The position numbers were made by a program, and so were the translations under genes. From NCBI GenBank assembly GCA_951406725.2, contig OX597815.1, forward strand, positions 133,114,001-133,178,000: DNA of 64,000 nt, written 5' to 3'. The DNA is from Octopus vulgaris. Taxonomy: Eukaryota. The notes below the pieces were generated by a model. It ran no database searches. It was not told the origin of the DNA and worked only from the letters and a program-made list of their open reading frames with translations. This document shows, piece by piece, positions 1 to 11,619 of the stretch (position 1 is its first letter; the number at the start of each line of letters is the position of its first letter).

Positions 1-53
1 AAATTTTGGAGTCAGCCAATGCCAATAAACTAAATCAATTCGTATCCAAGAAA

Positions 54-84
54 ACCAGCACACTAGAATTTCTAGTGTGCTGGT
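54..84. repeat. Perfect 14-bp inverted repeat (hairpin)
   Basis: accagcacactaga-att-tctagtgtgctggt. Confidence 0.85.
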
Positions 85-429
85 AATAGTGGACTGTCTC
101 ACAGAATGTATGGCAACAGTTTGAAACTAATGGACTGTCATTGCTGGAGAGAGTATCTGAATTACGTTATTAAGTGACATGATCAATCTTGGATATGGAA
201 GTATTATATGGAATTTCAGATGAAGACAGAAATTTAGAATAATGTACCTCTGTTTCAAAGAAGCTAGCACATGAAGTCACACATATTTCTTTACGGTTCA
301 TTTACATTAGAATGTCATTAAATATTGACATATTGATCCTTGAATAACAGGTACAATTATATAAGTTTTTACTTGCATTGTTTTGTAGCACAATGTAGAA
401 TAATAGCATCGACTTCTAATTCTTTTCAG

Positions 430-503
430 GAAATTTACGAAATAATGGTCGCGAAGTTTATGAAATAATGGCCGAAAAATTTAAGAAATAATGGCCGCGA
501 ATT
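430..503 (+). repeat. Minisatellite, about 3 copies of a ~23-nt unit
   Basis: gaaatttacgaaataatggtcgc / gaagtttatgaaataatggccga / aaaatttaagaaataatggccgc. Confidence 0.75.
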
Positions 504-1034
504 GTAAACTTGGCTTTGTGTCTAGTTCAGTGGTTCCCAACCTGTGGTCTTCGGATCTCTGATGGTCCGCAAAGTTAATACTGGGGTCCGTGAACTAAAT
601 TCAAAATTTCATGTGTGTGTGTCTCACCCTCTCTTCCTCGCTTTTCTTCCTTATTCCTTCCCTTTCTCTCTCTTCTTCTCTCTCTCTCTTTCTCTCTCCC
701 CTTCGTTCCTTAGTCCTTCCGATTTCAGTTTCCTTCTCTCGTATTCCTTTATCCCTTTATCCCTTTCCCCCTCCCACTTATTCTTCAATCCCTTTGCTTT
801 CATTCTTCACTTACCTCCCTTGTATCTTTTTCTCTCTCTCCTCCTTCCTCTCATTCTTTAGTCCATCTCATTTCTTTCCCTTCTCTACAACTCCTTAGTC
901 CCTCTGCCCTCTTCAACTCCTTCCCTCTCCTGCCACGTGATTGCTGTCCAGTTAAGACATTGTCGTCCTTTTTCGACCAGCCGCCTTTCTGTTAAGAGTT
1001 TCCATTTTGCCTTTGCGTCAGCTTACTACGCTTG

Positions 1035-1722
<688 letters not shown>

Positions 1723-2094
1723 TAAAAGTTAAAAGGGGGCCGTGGAAAAACTCATTTAAATAAAATAGGTCCTGGGTAGTGAAAAGGTTGGAAACTACTG
1801 TTCCAGTTGAACTATAAACCTACCTTCATAAAAGTTTACTTTAAATGAAATATGGTCACGGACAGGTTATATGACACATATGCTGTTTGTTTTTGTGTGG
1901 AACTTATATTCATTTGTCACAATACCATGTAAGCGAATTAACAAGAAGAAAAAAATCATACAAGTGTCATCCTCTCTTCAATCTAAACAAATACAAAATA
2001 ATATGACTTTCACCATAATTGCACTATAAATGGCCAAATTAGATCGCTCTACCGCCAATGAATGCTATTAAGTTGCCAACATAATTTATAATAT

Positions 2095-2475
2095 TGATTT
2101 CAAATTTTAGCACAAGGCCAGCAATTTTGGGGACGGGTTGGTCGAATACATTAACCCCAGTTGGTACTTATTTTATCGATCTCTAACAGATAAAAGGCAA
2201 AGTCGACTTCGGTGGATTTAGAACTCAGAACGTAAAGACGGACGAAAGCTGCTAAGCGTTTTTCACGGCGTGCTAACGATTCAGCCAGCTCGCTACCTTA
2301 ACTTAAAATATCAGTCTCATATTTTGGCACAAAGCCAGCATTGTGAGAGAGAATGTAAGTCGATTAAATCATTTGTCAATACCGAAGAAATGAAAGGCGG
2401 AAGAAGGTGAAGTCGAAAGAAATACGGCTAAGCATTTTTCCCGGCGGGTTAGCGATTCTGCCAGCTTGTCACCTT
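2095..2475 (-). mobile_element. Two adjacent tRNA-derived SINE copies (family 1, Nin/Deu-like central domain)
   Basis: Reverse complement of the family motif gagctggcagaatcgttagcacgcc...ttctgagttcaaattcc...gtcgactttgcctttcatcc...agtacca seen many times in the window. Confidence 0.75.
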
Positions 2476-2553
2476 AATTTAATTTAAAATAGTGAAAGAT
2501 AACAATTTGCTTTGAAGAATATTACAAAGATAATATTCTTCAAGTAAACTTAC

Positions 2554-2614
2554 AGGGCTTGGCTGAGCAGCTTGCAATCACTGTCAGAAGGACGGCTAGG
2601 ATTATTCGCTCCAT
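2554..2614 (-). CDS. S1 serine protease paralog A, exon 1 (signal peptide MERIILAVLLTVIASCSAKP); remaining exons lie left of the window
   Basis: ATG at 2614; 61-nt exon ending in a GTAAGT donor; same length, phase and sequence pattern as gene B exon 1 (32158-32218). Confidence 0.85.
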
Positions 2615-2646
2615 TTTCGTGGCTGTCGTAGTATGGCTTGGTGTCA

Positions 2647-2654
2647 TATTTATA
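2647..2654 (-). promoter_or_regulatory. TATA box (TATAAATA) of protease gene A
   Basis: 33-40 nt upstream of the ATG; identical motif at nearly the same spacing in gene B; flanking ~150 nt also conserved between paralogs. Confidence 0.75.
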
Positions 2655-3972
2655 CTTTTCTTATAAGAGTTGTTGAATAAAGAAAGCTGGTAAATAATGA
2701 AATCAGAATTGATTTCTTTTTTTTATTCTCGTCTTCTAAGTCAATATTTTATTGTTAGCAACAATACAAAAGATAACATTACACACAAGCGAAGTAGTTA
2801 GGAAAAAAACCTATAATGTGTAAGGAATAATAACGGTAAACTTAGCTACAATGGCGCCGAAAAATAAATAGGCATAGAAATGTTAACACGAAAGTCCTTT
2901 GAATGTGAAGAATGCATAAGAGAAAGAGAAAGAAAAAGAGAGATCTGCCTACTATAGATCCAGCAGAGAAACGAGCTATTAAAAGTGACAACAGGACGTT
3001 GGCACGTAAATATCAACATTGATGATCGATAAATTAAGCACCTACGCAGGCATTGGGTTAAGTTCTCAGCCGTCAACCGTTTTATCATAGTTATACGAGC
3101 CATTACAGATGAGATTAAGGTTGAATATCCTTGAGAATTCCTGTAAGCTAGTGACTCAATTGTCGTAACTGAATTCGGTGAAACTCTAAGAGATTTGAAA
3201 TACAAGTTTGAATTGAAAGTCCTCAAAGTAAACTCAACAAAGATTAAAGTTTTAGCAAATAGCAAGAGCTTCTGCAACCATCAAGCAATGAATCCAATCT
3301 GTGTAGTGAGATCACACACTGGAGAACAGAAAATGCAGAAGATACGCAGAAGATAATTCCTTCAAATGCTCGAAATATTTAATAGCTAATTGGGTTACTT
3401 AATTAGCAGTGAAGAGAGATGTACTGAGAAAAGGAAAATAAAGCCAAGAGATAACTTTTAATGGCTAGCAAACGAAAAGGAGGTAATTTCTAGAAATTCA
3501 CAATATATTCCCCAATAAACATTGAATTTTTCTGCTTCAGGAAAAAAAATATTACCGTGCTTCTGCTTAATATTGGCGTTAAGCATACACGGTCAATGGT
3601 CAATGGTCACTTAAACGTTAATCCATGTGCAGATAATTCGTTACCTCAAACAATGGAGAGCTTCCATCCATATGTATATATGTTGCCCTCTTTCTCTTTT
3701 TAATCTAGAATAAATTTTGACCGGTCACTTACTTGGTAACATGATTGTGAAGGAAAGCACCTTGTTTTGTTCTTCGGTCTTGTTACATCATAAGCAGGCC
3801 TTGCAGATTTTTATTGTTCCAGATATCGTGATCATATATGGTGTATCAATTACGTATTTGCGCTCCTAACCCCTCAGTAACCTAAGTTCAACCATACTTT
3901 GCTCCAGACCGGTTGGTACGTATCCTGTTGCCCCAATGAAAAGTATATCGTGGCTATTGGATTTGCAAACTT

Positions 3973-4004
<32 letters not shown>

Positions 4005-4052
4005 TGTATGTATGTATGTATGTATGTATGTATGCATGTATGTATGCATGCA

Positions 4053-4106
<54 letters not shown>

Positions 4107-4107
<1 letters not shown>

Positions 4108-4500
4108 TTATATAATTAGGGTTCAGCAAAAAAATTTACTTTACCACACACCGAACTTTTAGAAATAGCAGCCAAAGAATTTAGCTATTTCCTCTACTAT
4201 AGGAAGAGTCTCTCAAATTTAAATTTAACGAAATCTTGTGCTGATGACAGGAATGTTGGAATAGGTATGTATTTCTAGCATCTCTATATCTAACTAACCC
4301 AGAAACGCGTTCTCAAGTAATCGATTTACGAGTGATCTTTCGTTATTTTTCCCTCTATGCCTACGTGAATTGTTTTTGAGTATACATTGTCTGGGAGACT
4401 CTTCTTATAGTAGAGGAAATAGCTAAATTCTTTGGCTGCTATTTCTAAAAGTTCGGTGTGTGGTAAAGTAAATTTTTTTGCTGAACCCTAATTATATAAA
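4107..4500. mobile_element. Foldback (about 105-bp near-perfect inverted arms) of Penelope-like terminal sequence, between (TA)n tracts
   Basis: 4107-4212 is the reverse complement of 4396-4500; spacer contains a hammerhead motif. Confidence 0.75.
4235..4317 (+). ncRNA. Type I hammerhead ribozyme motif (long stem II, palindromic stem III), partly decayed
   Basis: cttgtg CTGATGA (4241) ... GAAA (4302) CGCG TT ctcaag; stem I 5 of 6 bp; base of stem II mismatched. Confidence 0.55.
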
Positions 4501-4624
4501 GTAATGTTTAAATATACCGTAAATGGTCCTTTTGCATACTGAACACTGCTTGGTAAAATTATTAATTACAAATTAATTAATTTTACCCTAATTATTATTG
4601 ACAATATATATATATATATATATA

Positions 4625-5580
4625 TAAGCAATAATAAATCTCTGAACCCGTTATAAACAGTAGCTGCACGACAACGTGAAGTATATTTGCCATTTAAATG
4701 TGGCTAACCACTTAGGGTGGATGCTACTGTAGCTTGTAGCCCCAGGAGAACATCTTCTCCAGCTGGCTATTGACACACTTTCTGTGCCCTATCAGTATTT
4801 GCAAAGGGAAGCCATCCTTCCCATCGTCGACCTGACGTGATACGTACGGACCCGGGTTTCTGGATGTTTGCCCGTCGTTAGCGCACGACAATCACCGGTC
4901 TTCGATGCGAAGATGTCCCAATGAAAACACATATATCCTTTCTCCGGTGACGAAAAGTCACTGTTCTCGAAAAAGTGTAAACAAGTAATAATAAATCTCT
5001 GAACGAGGTATAAACAGTAGTTGCACGACAACGTGAAGTATATTAGCCACTTAAATGTGGCTAACCACTAAGGGTGGATTTTACTGTACCTTGTAGCCCC
5101 AGGAGAACATCTCCAGCTGGCTATTGGCATACTTTCTGTTCCACATTTAAGTGGCAAATATACTTCACGACAATCACCGGTCTTCGATGCGAAGAGGTCC
5201 CAATGAAAACACATATATCCTTTCTCCGGTGACGAAAAGTCACTGTTCTCGAAAAAGTGTAAACAAGTAATAATAAATCTCTGAACGAGGTATAAACAGT
5301 AGTTGCACGACAACGTGAAGTATATTAGCCACTTAAATGTGGCTAACCACTAAGGGTGGATTTTACTGTACCTTGTAGCCCCAGGAGAACATCTCCAGCT
5401 GGCTATTGGCATACTTTCTGTTCCACATTTAAGTGGCAAATATACTTCACGTTGTCGTGCAGCTACTATTTATACCTCGTTCAGAGATTTATTATTGCTT
5501 GTTTACACTTTTTCGAGAGCAGTGACTACTCATCACTGGAAAAACGATATATGTTTTTGCATTGGGATATATGTTTTGCA
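4625..5580. repeat. Complex tandem (282-bp period) plus inverted duplication, Penelope pLTR-like
   Basis: 4887-5168 repeated at 5169-5450; an inverted copy at ~5424-5580; a partial copy at 4625-4785; near-identical spurious ORFs offset by 282 nt. Confidence 0.8.
4843..4887 (-). ncRNA. Type I hammerhead motif with G5A core change
   Basis: cgtgcg CTAACGA c-ggg-caaaca-tcc-a GAAA CCCGGG TC cgtacg; 6-bp stem I, palindromic stem III, GUC site. Confidence 0.6.
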
Positions 5581-5588
5581 TTCCTCTC

Positions 5589-5621
5589 TTTCTGAAGAAG
5601 AGTTTTGCTCGAAACGTTAAA
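5589..5621 (+). ncRNA. Minimal type I hammerhead motif in a short (TA)n-associated element
   Basis: ttt CTGAAGA a GAG ttttg CTC GAAA CG TT aaa. Confidence 0.5.
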
Positions 5622-5714
5622 CCACCTTTCTTTCCTTCCCTGAGCGTCTGCTAATACTTTACATGTACCACGTCCTCGCGCTATTTTTTGTGTTTGTTCT
5701 TGGCTTTTTGTATT

Positions 5715-5717
<3 letters not shown>

Positions 5718-5767
<50 letters not shown>

Positions 5768-5785
5768 AATGTATTTATTTATGTA

Positions 5786-5859
<74 letters not shown>

Positions 5860-5867
5860 GTATGTGT

Positions 5868-5922
<55 letters not shown>
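5718..5922. repeat. Interrupted (TA)n microsatellite cluster
   Basis: Direct inspection. Confidence 0.95.
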
Positions 5923-5925
<3 letters not shown>

Positions 5926-5990
5926 AAATCAAAGAAAAGAACAGATAATAAAGAAGAAAAACAAACGTGAGAATGTGCACAAGCAATATA

Positions 5991-6024
5991 TTAAACGCTT
6001 CGAGTATAGCTCTTCGACAGAAAA
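5991..6024 (-). ncRNA. Degenerate minimal hammerhead motif (CUGUCGA / GAAG)
   Basis: tttt CTGTCGA a GAG ctata CTC GAAG CG TT taa; same family as 5589, 15147 and 18092. Confidence 0.35.
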
Positions 6025-6167
6025 ATGGTAGTCCAAAGAGAAAGAAGGAAGAATAGGGAAACCTCGCCAACAGTCCACGTGCAGTTACCTTTATATATAT
6101 GTCTCTGTGCATGTGTATGTGTGTGCGTATCTATACATATATACATATACATTTATGCATACATAAA

Positions 6168-6229
<62 letters not shown>

Positions 6230-6386
6230 GGAAGAGTTAAATCTTGAAATCAGAATGTTAGTTGTCTCATCCTTATATCTTAAACTTCTCAATAGCAATT
6301 TTTGCATTGTCAATCTCGATCCAGCTCTCTTAAATATATTCTAACAATGGTTAAAAAACACTCATTCACATTTTAATTTTAATTTC

Positions 6387-6790
6387 TGGCAGAAACGTTA
6401 GCACGCCGGGCGAAATCCCTAGCGGTATTTCGTCTGCCGTTACGTTCTGAGTTCAAATTCCGCCGAGGTTGACTTGCCTTTCATCCTTTCAGGGTCGATT
6501 AAATAAGTACCAGTTACGCACTGGGGTGATATAATCGACTTAATCCGTTTGTCTGTCCTTGTTTGTCCTCTCTGTGTTAGTCCCTTGTGAGTAGTAAAGA
6601 AATAGGTATTTCGTCTGCCGTTACGTTCTGAGTTCAAATTTCGCAGAGGTCGATTTCGCCTTTCATCCTTTCGAGGTCGATTAAATAAGTACCAGTTAAT
6701 CACGGGGTTCTACGTAATCGACTTAATCCTCTTATTTTCCCTTGCTTGTCTCCTCTATGTTTAGCCCCCATGGGCAATAAAGAAATAAAA
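6387..6790 (+). mobile_element. SINE family 1 with internal tandem duplication
   Basis: tRNA-like head tggcagaaacgttagcacgccgggcg; block ggtatttcgtctgccgttacgttctgagttcaaatt present twice. Confidence 0.85.
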
Positions 6791-7342
6791 TTTTAATTTC
6801 TGATTAAATTTTAAAATGTGGAATCCTACCAAAATCCATTGCTAAGTTAACACAATGAAAATATTATTGCTTCTTAACAATAAAGTAAGGTCGTCATTGG
6901 TCCATGGATAAAATGCACCAAAAACGTTCCTCTCCCAAGTGTTATACGAGGAAAAGTATTTTGTATGGAAGGCCAACAGTTGCCGATGCATACAAATTTT
7001 TCCTCCTTACAACTACGATGATGTCTAAGGACAAATCAAGCCCAATTCAGCATGGCTCGAGTGTCACCACTGATGTTTCGATCAGCACACAGAGAACCGG
7101 AAGAGATGCCATAAGTCATTTATCCCAATAATTCCGCCTGCTCACTGTTATTTTTCTGCATTCGTACATATTATTGATGTCGGAAGTATGCAAGACAACG
7201 TTAGCATTATTGTGATTTGAACACAGAGCACAGAAATCCGAAACAATTATCCTGAGTTATTCTATGCTAAGCTCTAATCAATCTGCTGGTTTACCGACTT
7301 TTACATATCAAGACTTATCAATAGTCATCAGTTGTTATCAAT

Positions 7343-7486
7343 TGTGGCGGTATGATAAGAAGCTTGCTTTCGAATCACGCGGTTCCGAGTTCAGTCCAAC
7401 TGCGTGGCATCTTGGGCAGGTGTCTTTTACTAAAGCCCTGTGAATGTATTTGGGAGACGAAAACTGAAAGAAGTACGTCGTGTATA

Positions 7487-7542
<56 letters not shown>

Positions 7543-7732
7543 CGTGTCTTTGTGTCTGAGTTTCTTTCCCCCACCATCAATGGACCTCCGGGATTTACGC
7601 CCCCGTAACCTAGCGGTTCAGTAAAAGAGACCGATCGGATAAGTAGCAAGCTTTAAAAGATTATATACTAGAGTTGGTTCATTCGAGGCAGTACTCCAGC
7701 ATGGCCGCAATCTAATGACTGAAACAAGTACA
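7343..7732 (+). mobile_element. SINE family 2 (tRNA head, CORE-like segment, internal microsatellite, LINE-like tail)
   Basis: ggttccgagttcagtcc...cttgggcaggtgtctt...(TG)n...agcggttcagtaaaagagaccgat...ccagcatggccgc...gactgaaacaagta. Confidence 0.85.
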
Positions 7733-9304
7733 ATTGTCTCACGTGCAATATAGAATTTAGGATTCCATATTTTGATACAAATGCAACGTTACCCAAACAT
7801 ATCTCACCCTTACAATGCACTAATTCTTTGTTTGTTGCTTTCAATCTTGCAGCAGTTTACAATGATTCTGTACCCTCTTATTTACTTTCCTCATCCTCAC
7901 TCTGATTCAATCTTTTCACGTACAATACTATCGACTCAAATTGGAGAAGATCCTCCAGGATACATACATTTTCTTTACTTGTCAGTTCTTCCTGCTTACT
8001 TTATATGTTTTCTTTTCATTTTGACAATCAAAACTAAAATGTTTCTATCTCACCATGAACACATAGATTCCAATGAATTTTTATTCAAAACATTTAACAT
8101 CACTCATCCTCAAGAAAACAAACTTAGTGCATTAGTTTTCGCCTGATCAGACTAACCTGTAACACATTTCCTTACATCTGACTATATTTCATTGTTGAAT
8201 GCTTTTCTTTCATTGTTACCACATCGCATATGAATATCTTATTGCATAACCTCACTAATGCTTTGCTTAAAACATAGAACTTATCAGAGACTTATTGATA
8301 ATGCTTTAAAACACCCAAATAATGTTTAAAATATTTCCATATTTAAATCCTACAACATTTTAGTCACTTCTTATCGAAAAGAATATTCTCAGTGACATTC
8401 AAACTTTAAATCTGTATATTGGTTAAATCGCTTCTGAAATTTATCTTCTGTTCTTTAACATAATTCTTATCTTAACTTTTAAAACTTTAAATAGTAAAAA
8501 TACACTATACATTTAAATATATGTCTTTAGAACCATGTTTACAGAAATAGTGTACAGTTCCCATACATAAGACTATCCTACTGTTACTGACCCTAACAGA
8601 CGATTATTACATCCAAAACAAGAGCATCAGGTTGTTCAGAAAAGATTCATTTGGCCAATAGACTGCGAATAACACAAATATGTTGCTTCATTTGTCTACC
8701 AATCTACTACTTCTGCAATAGCCAGTGATTGTTGATAAATAAATCTGAAACAGTTATATGAATGACTCCTGAATTCAGGTTCACTTAACAAATTTGTCTC
8801 ACTTTGTCGACTAACGTTTGTTTTACACTTTCTAGATCCCGCTCTAAATATTTCTTCCTGTTCATTCCTTCCTAGAACTTCTATCAAGTGGACACTATCC
8901 TACCCTCGTCTTTCTCGAAATTGCCGACCATAAACTGTTCAAACTGTACAAATACCTGCAAAATTTATTGAACCTACTTTATTTGAAAAGTGAAAATTTG
9001 ATCCAGATTATATTTTCATATCAGGGTACATTGACTCAGCCAAATCAGTATTCTGATTATACTATTGTCTTGCCTTTCCTTAATTATTTTCATATTGCAG
9101 TATATAGAGCCCTCTTTCCCGAGCAAATGTGTCATATTCTGTCAGGTTTTCAATTGGCTCAACAACAGTAGAAATTATTTCTCTGGTGTAATGAATTATT
9201 GAATTATTTTTCTCCATTCTAATATTGTAGGCACAAAACAAATTTTTTGGATAATTAATACGCGAAACTACTCCCTACACAATTACCAATAAATATACAA
9301 AAAC

Positions 9305-9664
9305 AAATGATAACCACCTGGTTGTTAATTTTAATAAAACCATTGGCAGATTATGGCCTTGTTCTTAAAACTATGGTAACATTGAAATATTGAAAAAGAA
9401 TGTCCAAAATAGAATCAGATATCCGTTAAAGGTAAATGGTCTTACAATGATTGTTTATTATTGAGACACCTGTTTTGCTTCCAAGAGCGGTCGAAGAATT
9501 CCGTGCATAATAGTGTTGCTATTGATTTCTTTTATTATAGGAAAAGGTGACGTGTGGTTAGAACAAAAACTGAACGATGAATAGAGTAAAATGTATCAAA
9601 CCGTAGTTTTGAAAGCTTGAAACATCTAAATACCTTAGAGGGCTTTCAATTCTTTGCTTTATTA
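9305..9664. promoter_or_regulatory. Non-coding block conserved between the upstream regions of protease genes A and B (candidate enhancer)
   Basis: ttgagacacctgttttg exact at 9461 and 39989, with flanking similarity (ttccaa-agcggt-aagaattc-gcataatag-ctattgattt). Confidence 0.45.
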
Positions 9665-9803
<139 letters not shown>

Positions 9804-9960
9804 CGGTCGTGTTATTCTTTGCTCCGCAGTGAAAGATTGTTTTTGTGCTGAAAAGTTTGAAAATTTGCTGTTTTGGTCGTCGAGGCCACTTCTTTTCTGC
9901 TGTTGCAGCAGAGTTTTGCTGTTCTTTCCCCCTTGTTTCAAGGGGGAAGCGACGAAAAAC

Positions 9961-11561
9961 ATGAATTTGCCACCAATCTCCTCCGAGTCGGAGGAAAACG
10001 TTGAAAATTTGTTTGAAGGCATGAAGGCGAAAATGTGGGAGGAGGAAGGTAAAAGTAAAGAGATGTCTCACGCGCTCGTTACAAAAGCAGACGACAATAT
10101 GTCTGGCGAAGCTACTACACAACAAGAAAAGTCAAAAATAAATTTTGCGAGTGCAGCAACTCGCCCCTGTGAAAATATAGTCATTAACAAGGAAGAATTA
10201 AAGAAATACCAAGGACTACTAAAAAAAGAAGGTGATAATGTGAAGTTGTTCCCTCCCAGTGAATTAATTTACGCGACGGAGAGAAAAACTGTCATATACA
10301 AGACATATAATGTGAAAAATAAGAAAATTGACTTCGTGCAGAGAGAAGCCATTGAAAAATGTTTGAGGCCGATATGGCAACAAACTACGTATATAACAAG
10401 GGGTAGTCGCTTCGGAACGGTAGAGGTGCGTTTCCCTAGCGAAGAAATAGCTAGGGAACATTCAACAAGAACGTTGAAGTCAGACGAAGTAGTTCTTCTA
10501 CCATTTTATTTAGGGATGAGAACTTCCAGGATAACGGTCACGGACATTCCGCCCGAAATCGGGGTGAACTTTATAATAGCAGCGATTCTCTTAGGCAAAG
10601 AGGAAGAAATTGCCATTCTTCAGTCTAAAAGATATCGCCCAACGACCTGGTATGGACAAGACTTAGAACTTGTGATCCAAGCGAACCCCTCGGACTTGGA
10701 AAAATTGCCAAGCTCCCTCACTATTGGAGATAATACCAGCTTGATGGGAATAGTCGAGGGAAGAAAACCTAGGTGTTATAAATGTGGCGAGAAAGGCCAC
10801 ATAAAGTCGAGCTGCAAGAAGACAGCCAAAGAAAATACTGCAGAGGCAAGCACGACGCCGAAAACAACTTCACCGCTAGAAATAGCAGCCACGTCACGCA
10901 CCCCAATTGCCGAAATTCAGCCGACAACGGCAGAAAACAACGACAACAATGATGACAACAACAACAACAACATCCAGGAGTGGGTCACCATAGAACCTTC
11001 AAAAAGAAGACAGAAACGGAAAAATCCACCCTCTTCGGATACACAGGACTATACTCTGACACAGACAAGCACACCCACACCCACAAATACAGTCGCAAAC
11101 ACACACGTAGCCAAAAAAACACACACACTGGAAAAAGCACACACAAACACACACACGCCTACCACAAGCACGCACACACCTACAAACACCCACGCTTCTA
11201 CAAGCACACCCACACCCACAAACACACACACACACACACACACACGCACCACTCCATAATCACCGAACAAAAAAAAAGAAACACCTTCACAGCGATAAAT
11301 AAAAACAATAACCCATTAAGAGAAAAAATTATCTTAATGAAATCGGCGAAAAAATATATCGTAACAGATATAAATAGTATTATTTCTGAAAATGTAGAAT
11401 TTTATACAATAGATAACGCTGATTATTTTGAAATTAAAAAAACTTTTGCCGAGGACGTAGGCCCGTTACAGATGAACTTTTCAAGCCATCTGTACAGGCA
11501 ATTCGCAAAAAAAACTGACCTCGCAAAACACAACACTCACAGACAGAAAAGAGGAGGGTGA
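9961..11561 (+). pseudogene. LINE ORF1 (gag-like, zinc knuckle), apparently frameshifted in a CA-rich tract near 11250
   Basis: CYKCGEKGHIKSSC motif in ORF 9829-11259; continuation in another frame to the stop at 11561. Confidence 0.8.
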
Positions 11562-11619
11562 AACTACACCCTCTCTTCCGTTAAAACAGTAAGTTTTAAA
11601 CTTTCGACTAATTTTTCAC

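Noticed and set aside
2846-3277. 143-aa minus-strand ORF upstream of gene A
   Set aside because: Non-ATG start, no recognisable motif and no counterpart upstream of gene B.
3727-3840. Strong GTAAGT donor-like site on the minus strand
   Set aside because: Stops in all three upstream frames and no similarity to protease exons.
4887-5450. Regularly spaced repeats suggestive of a CRISPR array
   Set aside because: Eukaryotic context; whole 282-bp units are duplicated with no unique spacers and no cas genes.
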